From Ostrea edulis (taxonomy: Eukaryota): DNA of 64,000 nucleotides. The translations under genes and the position numbers were made by a program. Positions within the stretch are counted from its first letter, which is position 1; the number at the start of each line of letters is the position of its first letter. The notes under the pieces were generated by a model, which was not told the DNA's origin, searched no databases, and saw only the letters and a program-made list of their open reading frames with translations. This document shows positions 50,740 through 63,668 of the stretch, piece after piece. Where the stretch lies: contig NC_079165.1 of the NCBI RefSeq assembly GCF_947568905.1, positions 93,558,001-93,622,000 of the forward strand, written 5' to 3'.

Positions 50740-51103
50740 TATGACGAGTTAGTTGTCTTGTTATAATGAGTTAGTTATCTCGTTATTACGAGTTAGTTAT
50801 CTCTTTATAATGAGTTAGTTATCTCGTTATTACGAGTTAGTTATCTCTTTATAATGAGTTAGTTATCTCGTTATTACGAGTTAGTTATCTCTTTATAATG
50901 AGTTAGTTATCTCGTTATTACGAGTTAGTTATCTCTTTATAATGAGTTAGTTATATCGTTATTACGAGTTAGTTATCTCTTTATAATGAGTTAGTTATAT
51001 CGTTATTACGAGTTAGTTATCTCTTTATAATGAGTTAGTTATATCGTTATTACGAGTTAGTTATCTCTTTATAATGAGTTAGTTATATCGTTATTACGAG
51101 TTA
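50740..51103 (+). repeat. 21/22-bp alternating tandem array (43-bp dimer), part of a larger repeat element extending to about 54220
   Basis: ctcgttattacgagttagttat and ctctttataatgagttagttat alternate; related units resume at 53250 and 54000-54190. Confidence 0.9.
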
Positions 51104-51106
51104 CAC

Positions 51107-53237
51107 TGGTATTAAACTGATGTACGTAACTGCAGTTACGTACTCCCAAGATGGCAGAAGAAGAAACATGAATTAGAATAGCGATGTTTTTGTCTTTTAG
51201 AAAGCAAAGTGAAATACACTTCACGAAAGAGGATGTCTATTTATATCAATAGTTCACAATTGTACCCAAAGTCTTCATGATACTGTCCCGAATTTGCCGC
51301 AATCGGTATTTGAAATACGTAGATTGATGTACGTAATTTTCACAATATGAAGTACGTAACTTTCCAATTTGCAGATAAAATATGTACGTAACTCAAAAGA
51401 TCTCCATTAAACTTTTATTCATTTGTTCATTCAAAAAGTCCGATAGAATGTCTTCATCAATAAAAATCACATATTAAATAATGCTACCAACATGCCATCA
51501 AATCAAACTTTCAATTCAAGCTCTTTTAAGAGGACTTAGGAACGTCCTTTCATATAGATCTACGATGTAGTACCTATAATGCTGTAAGTTAAAGAGCAAT
51601 CAATCAAAAAATGGATAAACTTCTTTCAAAGTACGCAACAAATATTCTTCAACGGTAACCAAACTCGTTAATTAATGTATGAGCAAGTACAGCATCTACC
51701 ATGTTTTTGTAACAAAAGGATAAGGGACCGGTCATTTAACTTGGATTTAATGGGGGAGGGGGTGTTCGCGACAGAATTTTTTCCGCACTCAGCGGGCGAC
51801 TATTTTTTTTTTTTTTTATCAATTTACCCTTTGGAACAATTTTTTTCCAGTTTAATTTTGCATTACTTTTATCTGGGACTACTATTACTGCAAAACCTTG
51901 CTTCAGATAAAAAAAATTCTATTTTTTCTGCGCCATTTTTTTTTTCGTCAGCAACAAAATTAAAAAACAAACCAAAAAACATAGCCCCTTTCCACAAGTT
52001 ACATGGTTGGTCCCCAGGCAGAATGAACAAAAAGTATTTTTACACACCGAAAATAACAGATAAATCAAATGAATGTAATAGCATGAGCGGTTTGTCCACT
52101 TTATCTTTTCTATGATTGATACTTTGTTAATATTGCTATTCTTTTTGCTTTCTTTGATTTCGACGTGTTACAACACTTATGTATATCATGAATATGCAGA
52201 CGAGAACGTGTGAAATGATATTAAAATGATACATTAATTGAAGGTAATTAATTGTATTCGGATAAAACAGACTCTGAAGCTCTGAAGATCACATGAAAAT
52301 TTTTCAGGGAAGTTAATTCCAGCAGAGTAAATGAGTCTACGTAGTATTGCAGCAAAAGAATACCAAACAAATCATGTTTGTCAACGTACCCTAAAGAAAT
52401 ACCTGGTAAACACATCCCCCAAATATCTATGCACATTTTTACACCCCCCCCCGCCCAAAAATAATAATAAAGAATTACTGAAAATCTACATAACCTGAAA
52501 AATATAAAACATCAAGATCTTCTAAGCTTGTGAAACATTCATACAAGTTGATGATAATGATGTAAATTTCTCCTTTAAATTTTTAACCCCTTCAAAATAC
52601 CAAGAACACCAATCTCAAAACATCCATTTTACCTACCCCCCCCCCCCTCCCCCGACAGAAATACTACGGTTTTGTTGGACCTCCAAAAGACATCAAAATT
52701 CAAAATTTGTCCTCCCAAGAATAGGCATAGTCTTTAAATGGTTCAAAATTTGGAGTAATACCACCCCCCCCCTTCTTTTCCCCCTGTGTGCAGCATCTGT
52801 TCAAATATCTCAAGAGGTTATAGAATGACGTTTTTCTTATATCGCTAATGGCATTCTTTCTCTGCCACAAAGTACATGTATGTGCATTACTTCTCTGCTT
52901 GTTTAGCTGCTTAGAAAGCAAGCTTTAGGATTTGTCGAACTACGAGTGAATTGCACAGTTACGTACATCATAAAGGAAAATTACGTACATCAACCAAAAA
53001 TACTTTAATGAGTTACGTACATCACGTGTGTTCTTACACAGGAGTTTAACTCGTCCATTCAGGAGAAACAGACGGATTTTACCATTCTGGACGATAAAGC
53101 GTAAAGAAATACACAAACTTGACTAATTAATATCACTGAATAGGATAAGATATAATCTAAATTGAAAAATTACTCGTTTCTTCTTCCGCCACCTTGGGAT
53201 GTACGTAACTGCAGTTACGTACATCAGTTTAATACCC
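51107..53237. mobile_element. Non-autonomous TIR DNA transposon (MULE-like) inserted in the 21/22-bp array
   Basis: About 65-bp TIRs (ggtattaaactgatgtacgtaactgcagttacgtac..) and inverted subterminal gatgtacgtaa motifs; TSD not resolved. Confidence 0.7.
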
Positions 53238-54843
53238 TAACCATAACCCTGGAGTTAGTTATCTCGTTATAACGACTTGACTTACTCTTGAGTTAGCTCG
53301 AGAAGTTGGATGTTGACTTGCCTAAATTCTTGACACGCATATTTTTTATGCGTGTCAAGAATTTTAGACAAGTCAACTTCCAACTTCTCCTCCAGCTGCC
53401 CCCCCCCCCCCATTCAATTAGAAAAACTCGATGCTATGTGCCAGAAAATGATAATATATGCCTGCTAGAGCTGCCTAGTACATGTATATCTCCGCGAATG
53501 ATTAATGCATGGTTTTTGATGACCTGACATTAGATGTATGTAGAGCATGCATCTAGCCTTGCCGATTTTTCGCTCGAATACCAATTGAATTATAAAAATG
53601 AAAATCCATTGTTGCACAATTCGACTAACTATGAAAACGATACATAATAATTACATTACTTCTGAACAAACTCAGTCTTTTTGTTGAATTAAAAAAAGAA
53701 CGTCGTCACATATTCAATGTTTGGAGTAATAAATATTTTTTCATCATCTTAACGATGACATAGTCTTACATGATATTCATCGTAAAATAATCCATCAGCC
53801 AGATATTTGATTTTCTCATATAATCACCACTCAGTGGGTGGTTTCCCCCACACTGGATATAAAAAATGATTCTATGACTTCATTTTGGGCGATTTGATTA
53901 ATTTGTAATCGTTATGTTGAGTTTGTGGAAAGATAATAAATGTCCTTTTGATCTAACAATTTCATAGATACGAACTTGTTATGATGAGGTAACTATACCA
54001 TTAAACTCTTTATAACGAAATAATTTTAAAAGTCGTTATAACAAGATGTAAAATAACTCGTTTTAACAAGGTATAACCTAACTCGTTATATATCGAGATC
54101 ATTAATAGCTCATTACATAACGAGATAATGAATTCGTTATAACGAGATACTAGCTCTTTATATAACGAGTTGGATTTTCTTTACTTGTTCAAAAACGAGC
54201 CTATCCGGCTTTCGTACGTTATGTCCATAAAAAATTGTTTCTATCTATAATGATAAGATATTTATATAATATCACTAGTACTTGATATACTTCATTAAAT
54301 ATGTTACTACAAATGCCACCTACAACATACTTCAAGATGAAGAATTAAAATAATCTCGAGGCATTCATTTTAATTATTCTTGCTAAAGTCCTCAAAATTG
54401 AAGGAAGCAGTCTGAAGGGAGTGGGGTTCAATCAATAATGTCAAAAAAAATCTTCGAACATTCCAGTATACTAATCTACTTCATTTGAAATCTTTATTCA
54501 GATACCATATTCGCTTTGATTACGAAATTACTGTTTGGCGGGAAATATTTGCTGTTCAAAGGACGATTAGCACATTTGTGTAGGTTGTTTGGAGTGTGAT
54601 CTAGACTAAAGGGCGATAGGAAATATGATCACGAATTACAAGCCTTAATATTCTATATAATCAACTAAACTTGTTCATAAATTTTAAATATTAAGGACTT
54701 AGATTTAAAAAAAGAAAAAAACCCGGAAACTTTTTTTCTTTATAGAAACCTTTGATCTATTAGACCCTATATTCTTTACATGTACTTGGGCAGTTTGAAA
54801 TAGTTCCGTAGTTTCTACACTCGAGATTAAATCCACGACTAAT

Positions 54844-56121
54844 ATGCCGCAGAACATTGCAGAATGGAATTCTTCTTTAATGGTGAAACTATCACCATCT
54901 ATCGTATTTCTAATTGTCTGCTTCTGTGTCGGTGTTGTAGGAAACTCCACCGTTTTAATTGCGTACCTACGGTCAGCTATTCCATTAAATGGACGTTTTT
55001 TCATCCCTGTTCTAGCCTCGGTGGACCTTTTGGCTGTATCTGTGTCCTCGTTATTCTGGATCCTATACTTGTGTACTGTCGTGGTCACGCATTCGGATCT
55101 GTGGTGCCAGATATTAAACTTTGGAATTCGCTGGATGGTGTTTGCTTCTGTCATGATCATGTTGGCCATTTCGCTTGACAGGTACCGGAAAACGTGCAAG
55201 ATCGGAGAGAAACAGATTACTCTGAGGGAAAAGAAAATGTCAATACTCGCCATTGTTATAATCTCAGCTCTGATAAATTCCCCTATGTTCGCCACTTCTG
55301 GCAGCGTACAAATTTCTAGAAAGTTTCAAAACTCAACAATTGAAGGGCTGACATGCGACTTTTCCAACAACAGATTTCCAGTTCTTGAAAAAATATACTG
55401 TTCCATTTTGTTAGTAGCAACAATTGGCACTTTTATCGTTTCTTCGGTACTCAATATTAGAATATTATACGTCATTACCGTTAAAGTCAAACTTCCACCG
55501 AAAACAACGAGAAATAGTCAGAAAAGGAACTCGAATAATGCAGCTCATTTGTCACATCTCAAAGAACCTTGTAATGAAGACGAGTCTACAGAAAATGTTC
55601 AAAATATGGAGAACAAAACCCCCCAACATGGAAATTTATCACATATCGAAAACCTTACACGTGAAAATACCGTTCACGATCCATTTCATTTCGCTACGAT
55701 AGCCGAAAGAAAGAACCGCTTAATGGAGTCATCTACAAATGGAATATCAATGATGAAAGTCGTAACTATGGGAGACCCAACTGTTGGAAAACAAATTCAT
55801 TGGGAAACACGTAGGCTAAAATCAGCAGAGAAAACGAGGAAGACTTCGTTGAGAACTGCTATAAGGAAGTCTCGACATTCTAGTCACGTGATGTTCTTCA
55901 CCATATTCCTGGTCTTCATCGTTTCGCACGTAGCCCAAGGAATAACAATGTTATATACTCGGTATGAAAAATACCAGTGGTTGCTGGACGACAACGACAT
56001 CAGGGTCAACATTTATATAGTACTGTTATCTTCCTCCCTTGTGAGCCATGCGCTTAATCCATATATCTATGGACTTTTTGATAAAAAACTTCGTCGATCT
56101 CTCATGAAACGTCCAAAGTAA
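54844..56121 (+). CDS. Intronless class-A (rhodopsin-like) GPCR, 425 aa, peptide-receptor-like orphan
   Basis: Seven hydrophobic segments; GN in TM1, LASVD in TM2, C3.25, SLDRY, ECL2 Cys, NPYIY in TM7, long ICL3; intact ATG to TAA. Confidence 0.92.
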   Translation: MPQNIAEWNSSLMVKLSPSIVFLIVCFCVGVVGNSTVLIAYLRSAIPLNGRFFIPVLASVDLLAVSVSSLFWILYLCTVVVTHSDLWCQILNFGIRWMVFASVMIMLAISLDRYRKTCKIGEKQITLREKKMSILAIVIISALINSPMFATSGSVQISRKFQNSTIEGLTCDFSNNRFPVLEKIYCSILLVATIGTFIVSSVLNIRILYVITVKVKLPPKTTRNSQKRNSNNAAHLSHLKEPCNEDESTENVQNMENKTPQHGNLSHIENLTRENTVHDPFHFATIAERKNRLMESSTNGISMMKVVTMGDPTVGKQIHWETRRLKSAEKTRKTSLRTAIRKSRHSSHVMFFTIFLVFIVSHVAQGITMLYTRYEKYQWLLDDNDIRVNIYIVLLSSSLVSHALNPYIYGLFDKKLRRSLMKRPK

Positions 56122-56756
56122 AAAGTGTGAAAAACGGATAACAAAGTCAATTTTCACTCATGATATAAAAAGTTGTAATTACCGGTTCAAAAACCGGTAT
56201 TAGGAGATAGAAAGTCGTTATTTGAGTAGGGAAGGTTTCTTTTTATTATTTTTTAATGTTTGTTGTGCTGATAGTATGCAACGGTGTGCAAATTGAATGA
56301 CGCGCACCTGTTCCGAGTCTAAAAGTTCTCCATCTTTAGGTAGCCATTTAGATATCAGTATAAATGATGAAAATAATTCTTGCTGGGGACTTTAATTGCA
56401 GAGTTTATAAATATAACGAACAGATTTAGTGCACAGAATTTTGTAGTATTATGTCAGAAACAAAACCCGATAAAGCAATTAAGCCTAACCTGGTGCGGCG
56501 GAAACAATTAATCTAAAAGTAGATTGGCTTAAATATAAAGGTTTGTTCTATGCCAGAATATTGCTATTTATTTGCATAAATCACCAAATGTAAAATAAGT
56601 GATCACAAGTTATTTGGACATCAAGGAAGATTGCTACACCAAAATTTCATTTAATGGCTTTCATATTATCATGCATATATGGAGTATGATAGTGATACAA
56701 GTTCGCAATTATCTTAATTAAAATGATTTTTGTGGGCTTATTTTGGAATAAAAATA

Positions 56757-57193
56757 TGGCACCGCCAAACCGGTACACGATACGCCCGCATACATTATTG
56801 ACCCAGGGATCTGAACAAGTGAGAAAGGGATTTCGTCGGAGTTGCAATAACAATGTATTTTGCAAATAAATCTAAGTCCAAGGGCTGTAACTCCTTCAAA
56901 AATAGCGGGACAGCATTCCCCTTGTAATATGCACATCTCCACATTATGATCTTTCTTTGTACCAAGTTTCATCAAAATCCCCCAAAATGATTTAGGAGGG
57001 GTTACAAAGACAAAGTATTTTGAATAGAAAAAATTAAGTTCAAGGGCCACAACTCCTTTAAAAAACATTGGACAGCATTCCCCTTGTAATATGCACAGCT
57101 CCACATTGTGATCTTTCTTTGTACCAAGTTTCAACAAAATCCCCCAAGGGTTTATGAGGAGTTACATTTTGTACATTTAATGCGGGCGTATAA
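56757..57193 (+). mobile_element. Helentron-type non-autonomous element with two about 165-bp repeats
   Basis: Subterminal inverted repeat atacgcccgca / tgcgggcgtat; duplicated gcattccccttgtaatatgcac unit. Confidence 0.7.
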
Positions 57194-57415
57194 AAAGGAT
57201 GTTTTGCTTCCAACTAAGATATTTTAAGTCCAAATTCCGATGTGATTTGATGCATGATATGGATATCTAATAAAACATGCCTGGAATACTCAGATGTTCA
57301 AATTTATAAAACAAAAATTATGAAAAGTAAAAATGTTAATAATGACCTCTGGCTCAGATGAGTTGAACATTTTGATAACCTGGTTCATGATTGGTTTTTA
57401 CCTCTAGGGAGACCC

Positions 57416-57439
57416 TAGCTGCAATAATGTAGCCCTCTC

Positions 57440-57470
<31 letters not shown>

Positions 57471-58253
57471 AGGGAGAGGGCTACAACTCCTTAGGATCTC
57501 CGTAATGGTGCAAATGCGGGAGTGATTCACTCCCGCAACATTTGTGCTCATTCTAAACATTTCCTGACTTTCTTTACGTAAATAAAATGATATTCTATGT
57601 TTCTTAGTCAATATTTAAATTTACAACCTGCAACTTTAGATTTGTGAGGCTCTATTCTACCTTTTTCAACAATTTCGATAAATTCCAATTTCTCGATTCA
57701 TATTTGTGCGCCATGTTTGATGTACTGAAGTTTCAACTTCCGGTTGTCAAGTCATTTGCATATGCCATATAAGGTAGTATTTACATCAATGGACAAGTAT
57801 GGAGGCGAAAGCTATTTCGTCGGTATTGAAAAGGTTTGAATTTACTATCAAGTTAAAAACCAAACAGCAGAGTGTAAATTCTTTCTGCAACAATATGATT
57901 TTCCTTTCTTTGTCGAAGTGGCTCGAGTAACTACAATTTCGCGCTGATTGTCAATGTTTAGGCTTTTCATTAGATCCACCTACGAGATCTCGCGATAACA
58001 AGCATGGCGGATCAGACGAAGAATTTTGCATGCTGTACATTATATTTAATGAAAAACACCTTTATTAGACATGCCCGAGCACAAAGTTGGTACTCCTTTT
58101 GGTGTAAACAACATTTGGGACTAATACACAGAGTTTATTATCGGTTATTCATAAAATTATTTTGCACCATTACGGAGATCCTATGGAATTGTAGCCCTGT
58201 CCCGAAAACGTCAGAATAAAAAAAAATTGGATAGGGCTACATTATTGCAGCTA
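57416..58253. mobile_element. Non-autonomous TIR element with TAG...CTA ends and 9-bp TSD (Academ- or MULE-like)
   Basis: TIR tagctgcaataatgtagccct..ggatctccgtaatggtgcaaa; TSD gggagaccc at 57407-57415 and 58254-58262. Confidence 0.8.
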
Positions 58254-58675
58254 GGGAGACCCCACATCATAATTGGCACCTATGACACCACAGCCTATTT
58301 GGCTACATCTCATTGTAGACTGCAACATTATAATTGATGGACACAATGTGATGTCCGTAATAAGACTCTCAAACCCGAGAAAATCCCAAGGTGTGATGTT
58401 ATTTTCTATTTTTTCCCCAATTTCTCCAACAAATCTCCATTATTTGATGGATGAAATATTTAGAATAAATTTAATGCATAGTTCTTTGGAGGTTTAAATA
58501 TTGGTGGTACCGTTTAAGTAAATATACATGTATGCTGATAAAATGCAATAAAATTAGTGCGAGGGTACAAAGTGAAATAGTTTAACATTGAGGCAAAGGT
58601 CATATCCCTATGACATATGAAGTTCACACATGTATCTTATTTGAAGAGTTTTGAAAAAAATATCATTGACATTTT

Positions 58676-59982
58676 AAACAAGAGGCCCATGGGCCACATT
58701 GCTCACCTGAGTCACCTTAGCCCATATCTGAAGACTTTCCATATATATTTGCATGTAAAACCTAATAGTCCCTATTATGGCCCAACAAACTTGAATCTGC
58801 ACTATATCAGAAAGTTTTCATGTAAAAATCAGCTTTTCTGGCTCAGTGGTTCTTGAGAAGATTTTTAAAGATTTTTCCTATATATTTGTATGTAAAACTT
58901 TGATCCCCTATTGTGACCCCATCCAACCCCCGGGGCCCATGCTTTGAACAAACTTGAATCTGCATTATATCAGGAAGCTTTCATGTAAATCTCAGCTTTT
59001 CTGGCTTAGTGGTTCTTGAGAAGAAGATTTTTAAAGTTTTTCCCTATATATTTGTGTGCAAAACTTTGATCCCCCTTGGGGCCCCATCCTATCCCTGGGG
59101 GCCATGATTTGAACAAACTTGAATCTGCACTATGTCAGAAAGTTTTCATGTAAAAATCAGCTTTTCTGACTCAGTGGTTCTTGAGAAGAAGATTTTTAAA
59201 GATTTTTTCTATATATTTGTATGTAAAACTCTGATCCCCTATTGTGGCCCCATCCAACTCCCCGGGGCCCATGATTTGAACAAACTTGAATCTGCATTAT
59301 GTCAGGAAGCTTTCATGTAAATCTCAGCTTTTCTGGCTTAGTGGTTCTTGAGAAGAAGATTTTTAAAGTTTTTCCCTATATATTTGTGTGTAAAACTTTG
59401 ATCCCCCCTTGGGGCCCCATCTTATCCCCGGGGGCCATGATTTGAACAAACTTGAATCTGCACTATGTCAGAAAGTTTTCATGTAAAAATCAGCTTTTCT
59501 GGCTCAGTGGTTCTTGAGAAGATTTTTCCTATATATTTGTATGTAAAACTTTGATCCCCTATTGTGGCCCCATCCAACCCCAGGGGCCCATGATTTGAAC
59601 AAACTTGAATCTGCATTATGTCAGGAAGCTTTCATGTAAATCTCAGCTTTTCTGGCTTAGTGGTTCTTGAAAAGAAGATTTTTAAAGTTTTTCCCTATAT
59701 ATTTGTATGTAAAACTTTGATCCCCCCTTGTGGCCCCATCCTACCACCGGGGGCCATGATTTGAACAAACTTGAATCTGCAATATGTCAGGAAGCTTTCA
59801 GGTAAATTTCAGCTCTTCTGACCCAGTGGTTCTTGAGAAGAAGATTTTTAAATGACCCCACCCTATTTTTGCAATTATCTCCTCTTTGAAAGGGACATGG
59901 CCCTTCATTTGAACAAACTTGAAAGCCCTTCACCCAAAGATGCTTTTGGCCATGTTTGGTTGAAATTGGCTTGGTGGTTCAT

Positions 59983-60013
<31 letters not shown>

Positions 60014-60080
60014 AACAGACGGACGCTGGACAAAATGTGATCAGAAAAGCTCAGTTGAGCCTTCGGCTCAGGTGAGCTAA
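58676..60080 (+). mobile_element. Helentron non-autonomous element carrying about 166-bp satellite units (Cg170-like)
   Basis: Head aacaagaggcccatgggccacattgctcacctgag; aaact units at 58895, 59061, 59226, 59393, 59546, 59712; 3' hairpin gctcagttgagccttcggctcaggtgagctaa. Confidence 0.9.
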
Positions 60081-60495
60081 CAAGAGGCCCAGGGGCCTTA
60101 AAGGTCACCTGAGTATCATGTAACAACCTTCCAATGTTTGAATTAGGTTTGTGATTTAAATATAAAAATCTTACTTTTGGATGGAAGAAACATTGAATAG
60201 CTATGTGGTCAGCCCCGCCTTTACACCAGAACCCCTGACCCAGGGGCCATAAATTTCAGTTTTGAAAGAAGCATCCTTGATCATCATTATCATACTATTA
60301 GTTTGTGTACTTAATACCCAGCAGCAGAGGAGAAGATTTTCAAAGAAATAAAATGCATTTTCACTATATGATCAATAGGGCCCCACCCTAATACCAGAAC
60401 CCCTGACCCAGGGGCCATGAATTTCACAATTTTGAAAGAGGCATCCTTGCTCATCATAACCATGCTATTGGTTTGTCTACTTAATACCCAAGGAC

Positions 60496-60545
<50 letters not shown>

Positions 60546-61851
60546 GAGCCCCACCCTAGCACCAGAACTCCTGATCCAGGGGCCATGAATTTCACAATTT
60601 TTAACAAGAGGTACTGTGAGCAATGCTCACTAAGAATACCCCCCGCTTAACCCAATCTCCCAAAGGGTGTTGGTAATAGGTATAAACTACCTCTTTTCTA
60701 AGTGTTGCTACTTCGATGTCCAGTGCGCATGACCTTTGACCTTTTGACCCCAAAATCGATAGGGAACATCTTCATCCCATGGGTAGTCCATATGTATGAT
60801 ATGGTGACTGTAGGTGGAAAGGATAACGCTTTAGAGCCTGGAAACCATATTGCTACTTCAATGTCCAGTGCGCTTGACCTTTGACCTTTTGACCCCAAAA
60901 TCGATAGGGAACATCTTCATCCCATGGGTAGTCCATATGTATGATATGGTGACTGTAGGTGGAAAGGATAATGCTTTAGAGCCCGGAAACCATATTGCTA
61001 CTTCAATGTCCAGTGCGCTTGACCTTTGACCTTTTGACCCCAAAATCGATAGGGAACATCTTCATCCCATGGGTAGTCCATATGTATGATATGGTGACGG
61101 TAGGTGGAAAGGATAACACTTTAGAGCCCGGAAACCATATTGCTACTTCGATGTCCAGTGTGCTTGACCTTTGACCTTTCGACCCCAAAATCGATAGGGA
61201 ACATCTTCATCCCATGGGTAGTCCATATATATGATATGGTGATGGTAGGTGGAAAGGATAATGCTTTAGAGCCCGGAAACCATTGCGTCTACAGAGAGAC
61301 GAACGGACGGACAGCCCGATTCCAGTATACCCCCCCCACAATTTGTTGTGGGGGTTATAAAGAGGCATCCTTGCTCATCATTACCATGCTATTAATTTGT
61401 CTACTTAATACCCAGAGACAGAGAAGAAGATTTTCAAAGAATTTCTACATTTTCACTATATGACCAATAGAGCCCCACCCTAACACAAGAACCCCTGCCC
61501 CAGGGGGCCATGAATTTCACAATTTTGGTAGAGGGCTCAACGCTCATTATAATTATGCCCACAGTTTGGCTTCTTGATGTCCAGGAGTAAAGAAGAAGAT
61601 TTTTTAAAATTACACTCATTTTGATGGTTTTTGCCCCACCCCTCAGGCCCCAGGGGGGCAGGGACCACGAATTTCACAATTTTTGTTCCCCTCCACCCAC
61701 AGATGCTATATGCCAAAATTGGTTGAAATTGGTTCAGGGGTTTCAGAGAAGAAGCTGAAAATGTTCAAATGTTAACGCATGACGCACGTCGCACGACGAA
61801 CGACAAAAACAGATAGCAATAGGTCACCTGAATGAATTCAGGTGACCTAAA
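60079..61851 (+). mobile_element. Second Helentron-type element abutting the first, containing a nested third element
   Basis: Head aacaagaggcccaggggccttaaaggtcacctgag; end ataggtcacctgaatgaattcaggtgacctaaaa. Confidence 0.85.
60603..61360 (+). mobile_element. Nested Helentron-type element with four 145-bp repeats
   Basis: Head aacaagaggtactgtgagcaatgctcac; ttgctacttc at 60705, 60850, 60995, 61140; 3' cccccccacaa..ttgtggggg hairpin. Confidence 0.85.
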
Positions 61852-62962
61852 AATATATAAATCAGATAAATTTGTGAAAATAACGTTTTAGTAAATTTTC
61901 ATGTAACATTGATTATATTTTGTCCACATCACAAAAATCTGAAAAGATACAGAAAAAATATTGATTGCAGTGGTATAACTAGGTTTGAAATATTTGTAAG
62001 CAGGTGGTCTGGGGGGCGGTAGCCCCCCAGAAGCTGAGAACATTTTTCGCAATATGTAATAAAAATTTAACGAAAATATTTGTAAGCACGTACTTACAAT
62101 GTAGCTATGCCACTAGATTGAGTATCCATTCCAAATAGTTTGAATTTTTAAAAGAACTTAACTTCAGATAAAGTCCAACAGGACTGATGTAATGTTAATC
62201 TTCATGGGAAGCAACACTGTCATACCTACATGTGTAAATCTCTCTGCAATGACATGTATATATGGAGGGTCAGTTGCTGACAAAAAGGATCAATTTTATT
62301 AGTCACAAAAAGAGCCTGCAATAATTTGCTACCAATTACATCCTAAGTATTCTTCCTACTTCATCAGTTGTTTTACATCAATTGATTTAATCATAATTAT
62401 CAATCAGATTAATTCTAAAAATGAAATTGAAAGCTTGCCCAAAAGATCTGGCCATATCACTGAGTATTCTTGTCCCAAGAAAACCTTTCTGGAAAAAATA
62501 CAGCTAACAGCAAAATATAACGATAAAAGAGCACCATTCATACAGCACATGTACAAATAACAACAGAATACAAGCTTCTCGTATCTAACTATAAAGCATC
62601 CCAGTCAATCTCCTTGAAATCTGCATTTAATTTTCATGATTACGTCTTATATGATATTAATGATAAATGATTATTGATAGATTATCCCCCCCACCCCCCT
62701 CTCTGATTGATGTGTTGTAAATCATCATGATTCAAAGAAAAAATAAAACATCCAATAAAATATTTTTATCATTGTATAAGTGAACCTAAAACAAAGTAAG
62801 CTGCAAAACTGCAGCTTTCTGGGGATAAATGGAAAACAAAAACTATTTATACAGCACATGCACAAGTAACAAGAGAATGCAAGCTTCTCATATTCAAAAG
62901 TTCCCAACTTTTGAAACAACTTAATAAATAGTTTCGTGTTGAATACCCTGCTGTTTCAACAC

Positions 62963-63500
62963 AAAGAGGCCCATGAGCCACAATGCTCACCTGAGTCGAA
63001 CTGCTGCTACTGTTCATCAGAAGATTTAAAAACAAGATTTTTTACCCTCATTATTCCCTCAAAAATTTTTGAACCCATATCATGACCCCCAACTAAGCCA
63101 AATGGGGTCATGACTTAAAACTCAACTTGAATCCATACAACATATGGATGCCCTATATTCATGTATCATGTAAAATTGTTATCCCTGATTCTAGCCCCAT
63201 CCAAACTCCATAAATTTTCAAATTTCCCCCCCATACATTTCATGTAAAACTTGAATTTATATTATGACCCAAACCTACCACCAATTGATTTTAACAAACT
63301 TGCACCACCTGAGGATGCTTGCATATCAATATGACTTATCATGACCCTGTTGTTCTTGAGAAGATTTTAAAATATTTTCCCCTACATATTTCAAAATATT
63401 GAGCAGACAATATCTTCCTATGTCCTGAGTGGATTGACCATGTGACCTAAAATTCAATAGGTGTCATCTACTCCTTATGCTGTACCAGTGTATCAAGTTT
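62963..63500 (+). mobile_element. Degraded Helentron-type element
   Basis: aagaggcccatgagccacaatgctcacctgag head and degraded units. Confidence 0.55.
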
Positions 63501-63668
63501 GGTGTCCAATATATCCAGAAATGCTGTAGTAAACAAAGATAAGATCACTCTGACAGTAATTGCTGCAATGTTCCCCAAGAGAGTTACAGTTCAGTAGCTA
63601 CCCTCCTCAACAAAACCACCACTTGCACAATTGAACATAAGATTACCAGTAACAATAGAACATTGCTA

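Noticed and set aside
54705-55295. 196-aa ORF antisense to the GPCR
   Set aside because: Shadow ORF of a hydrophobic coding strand; no motifs.
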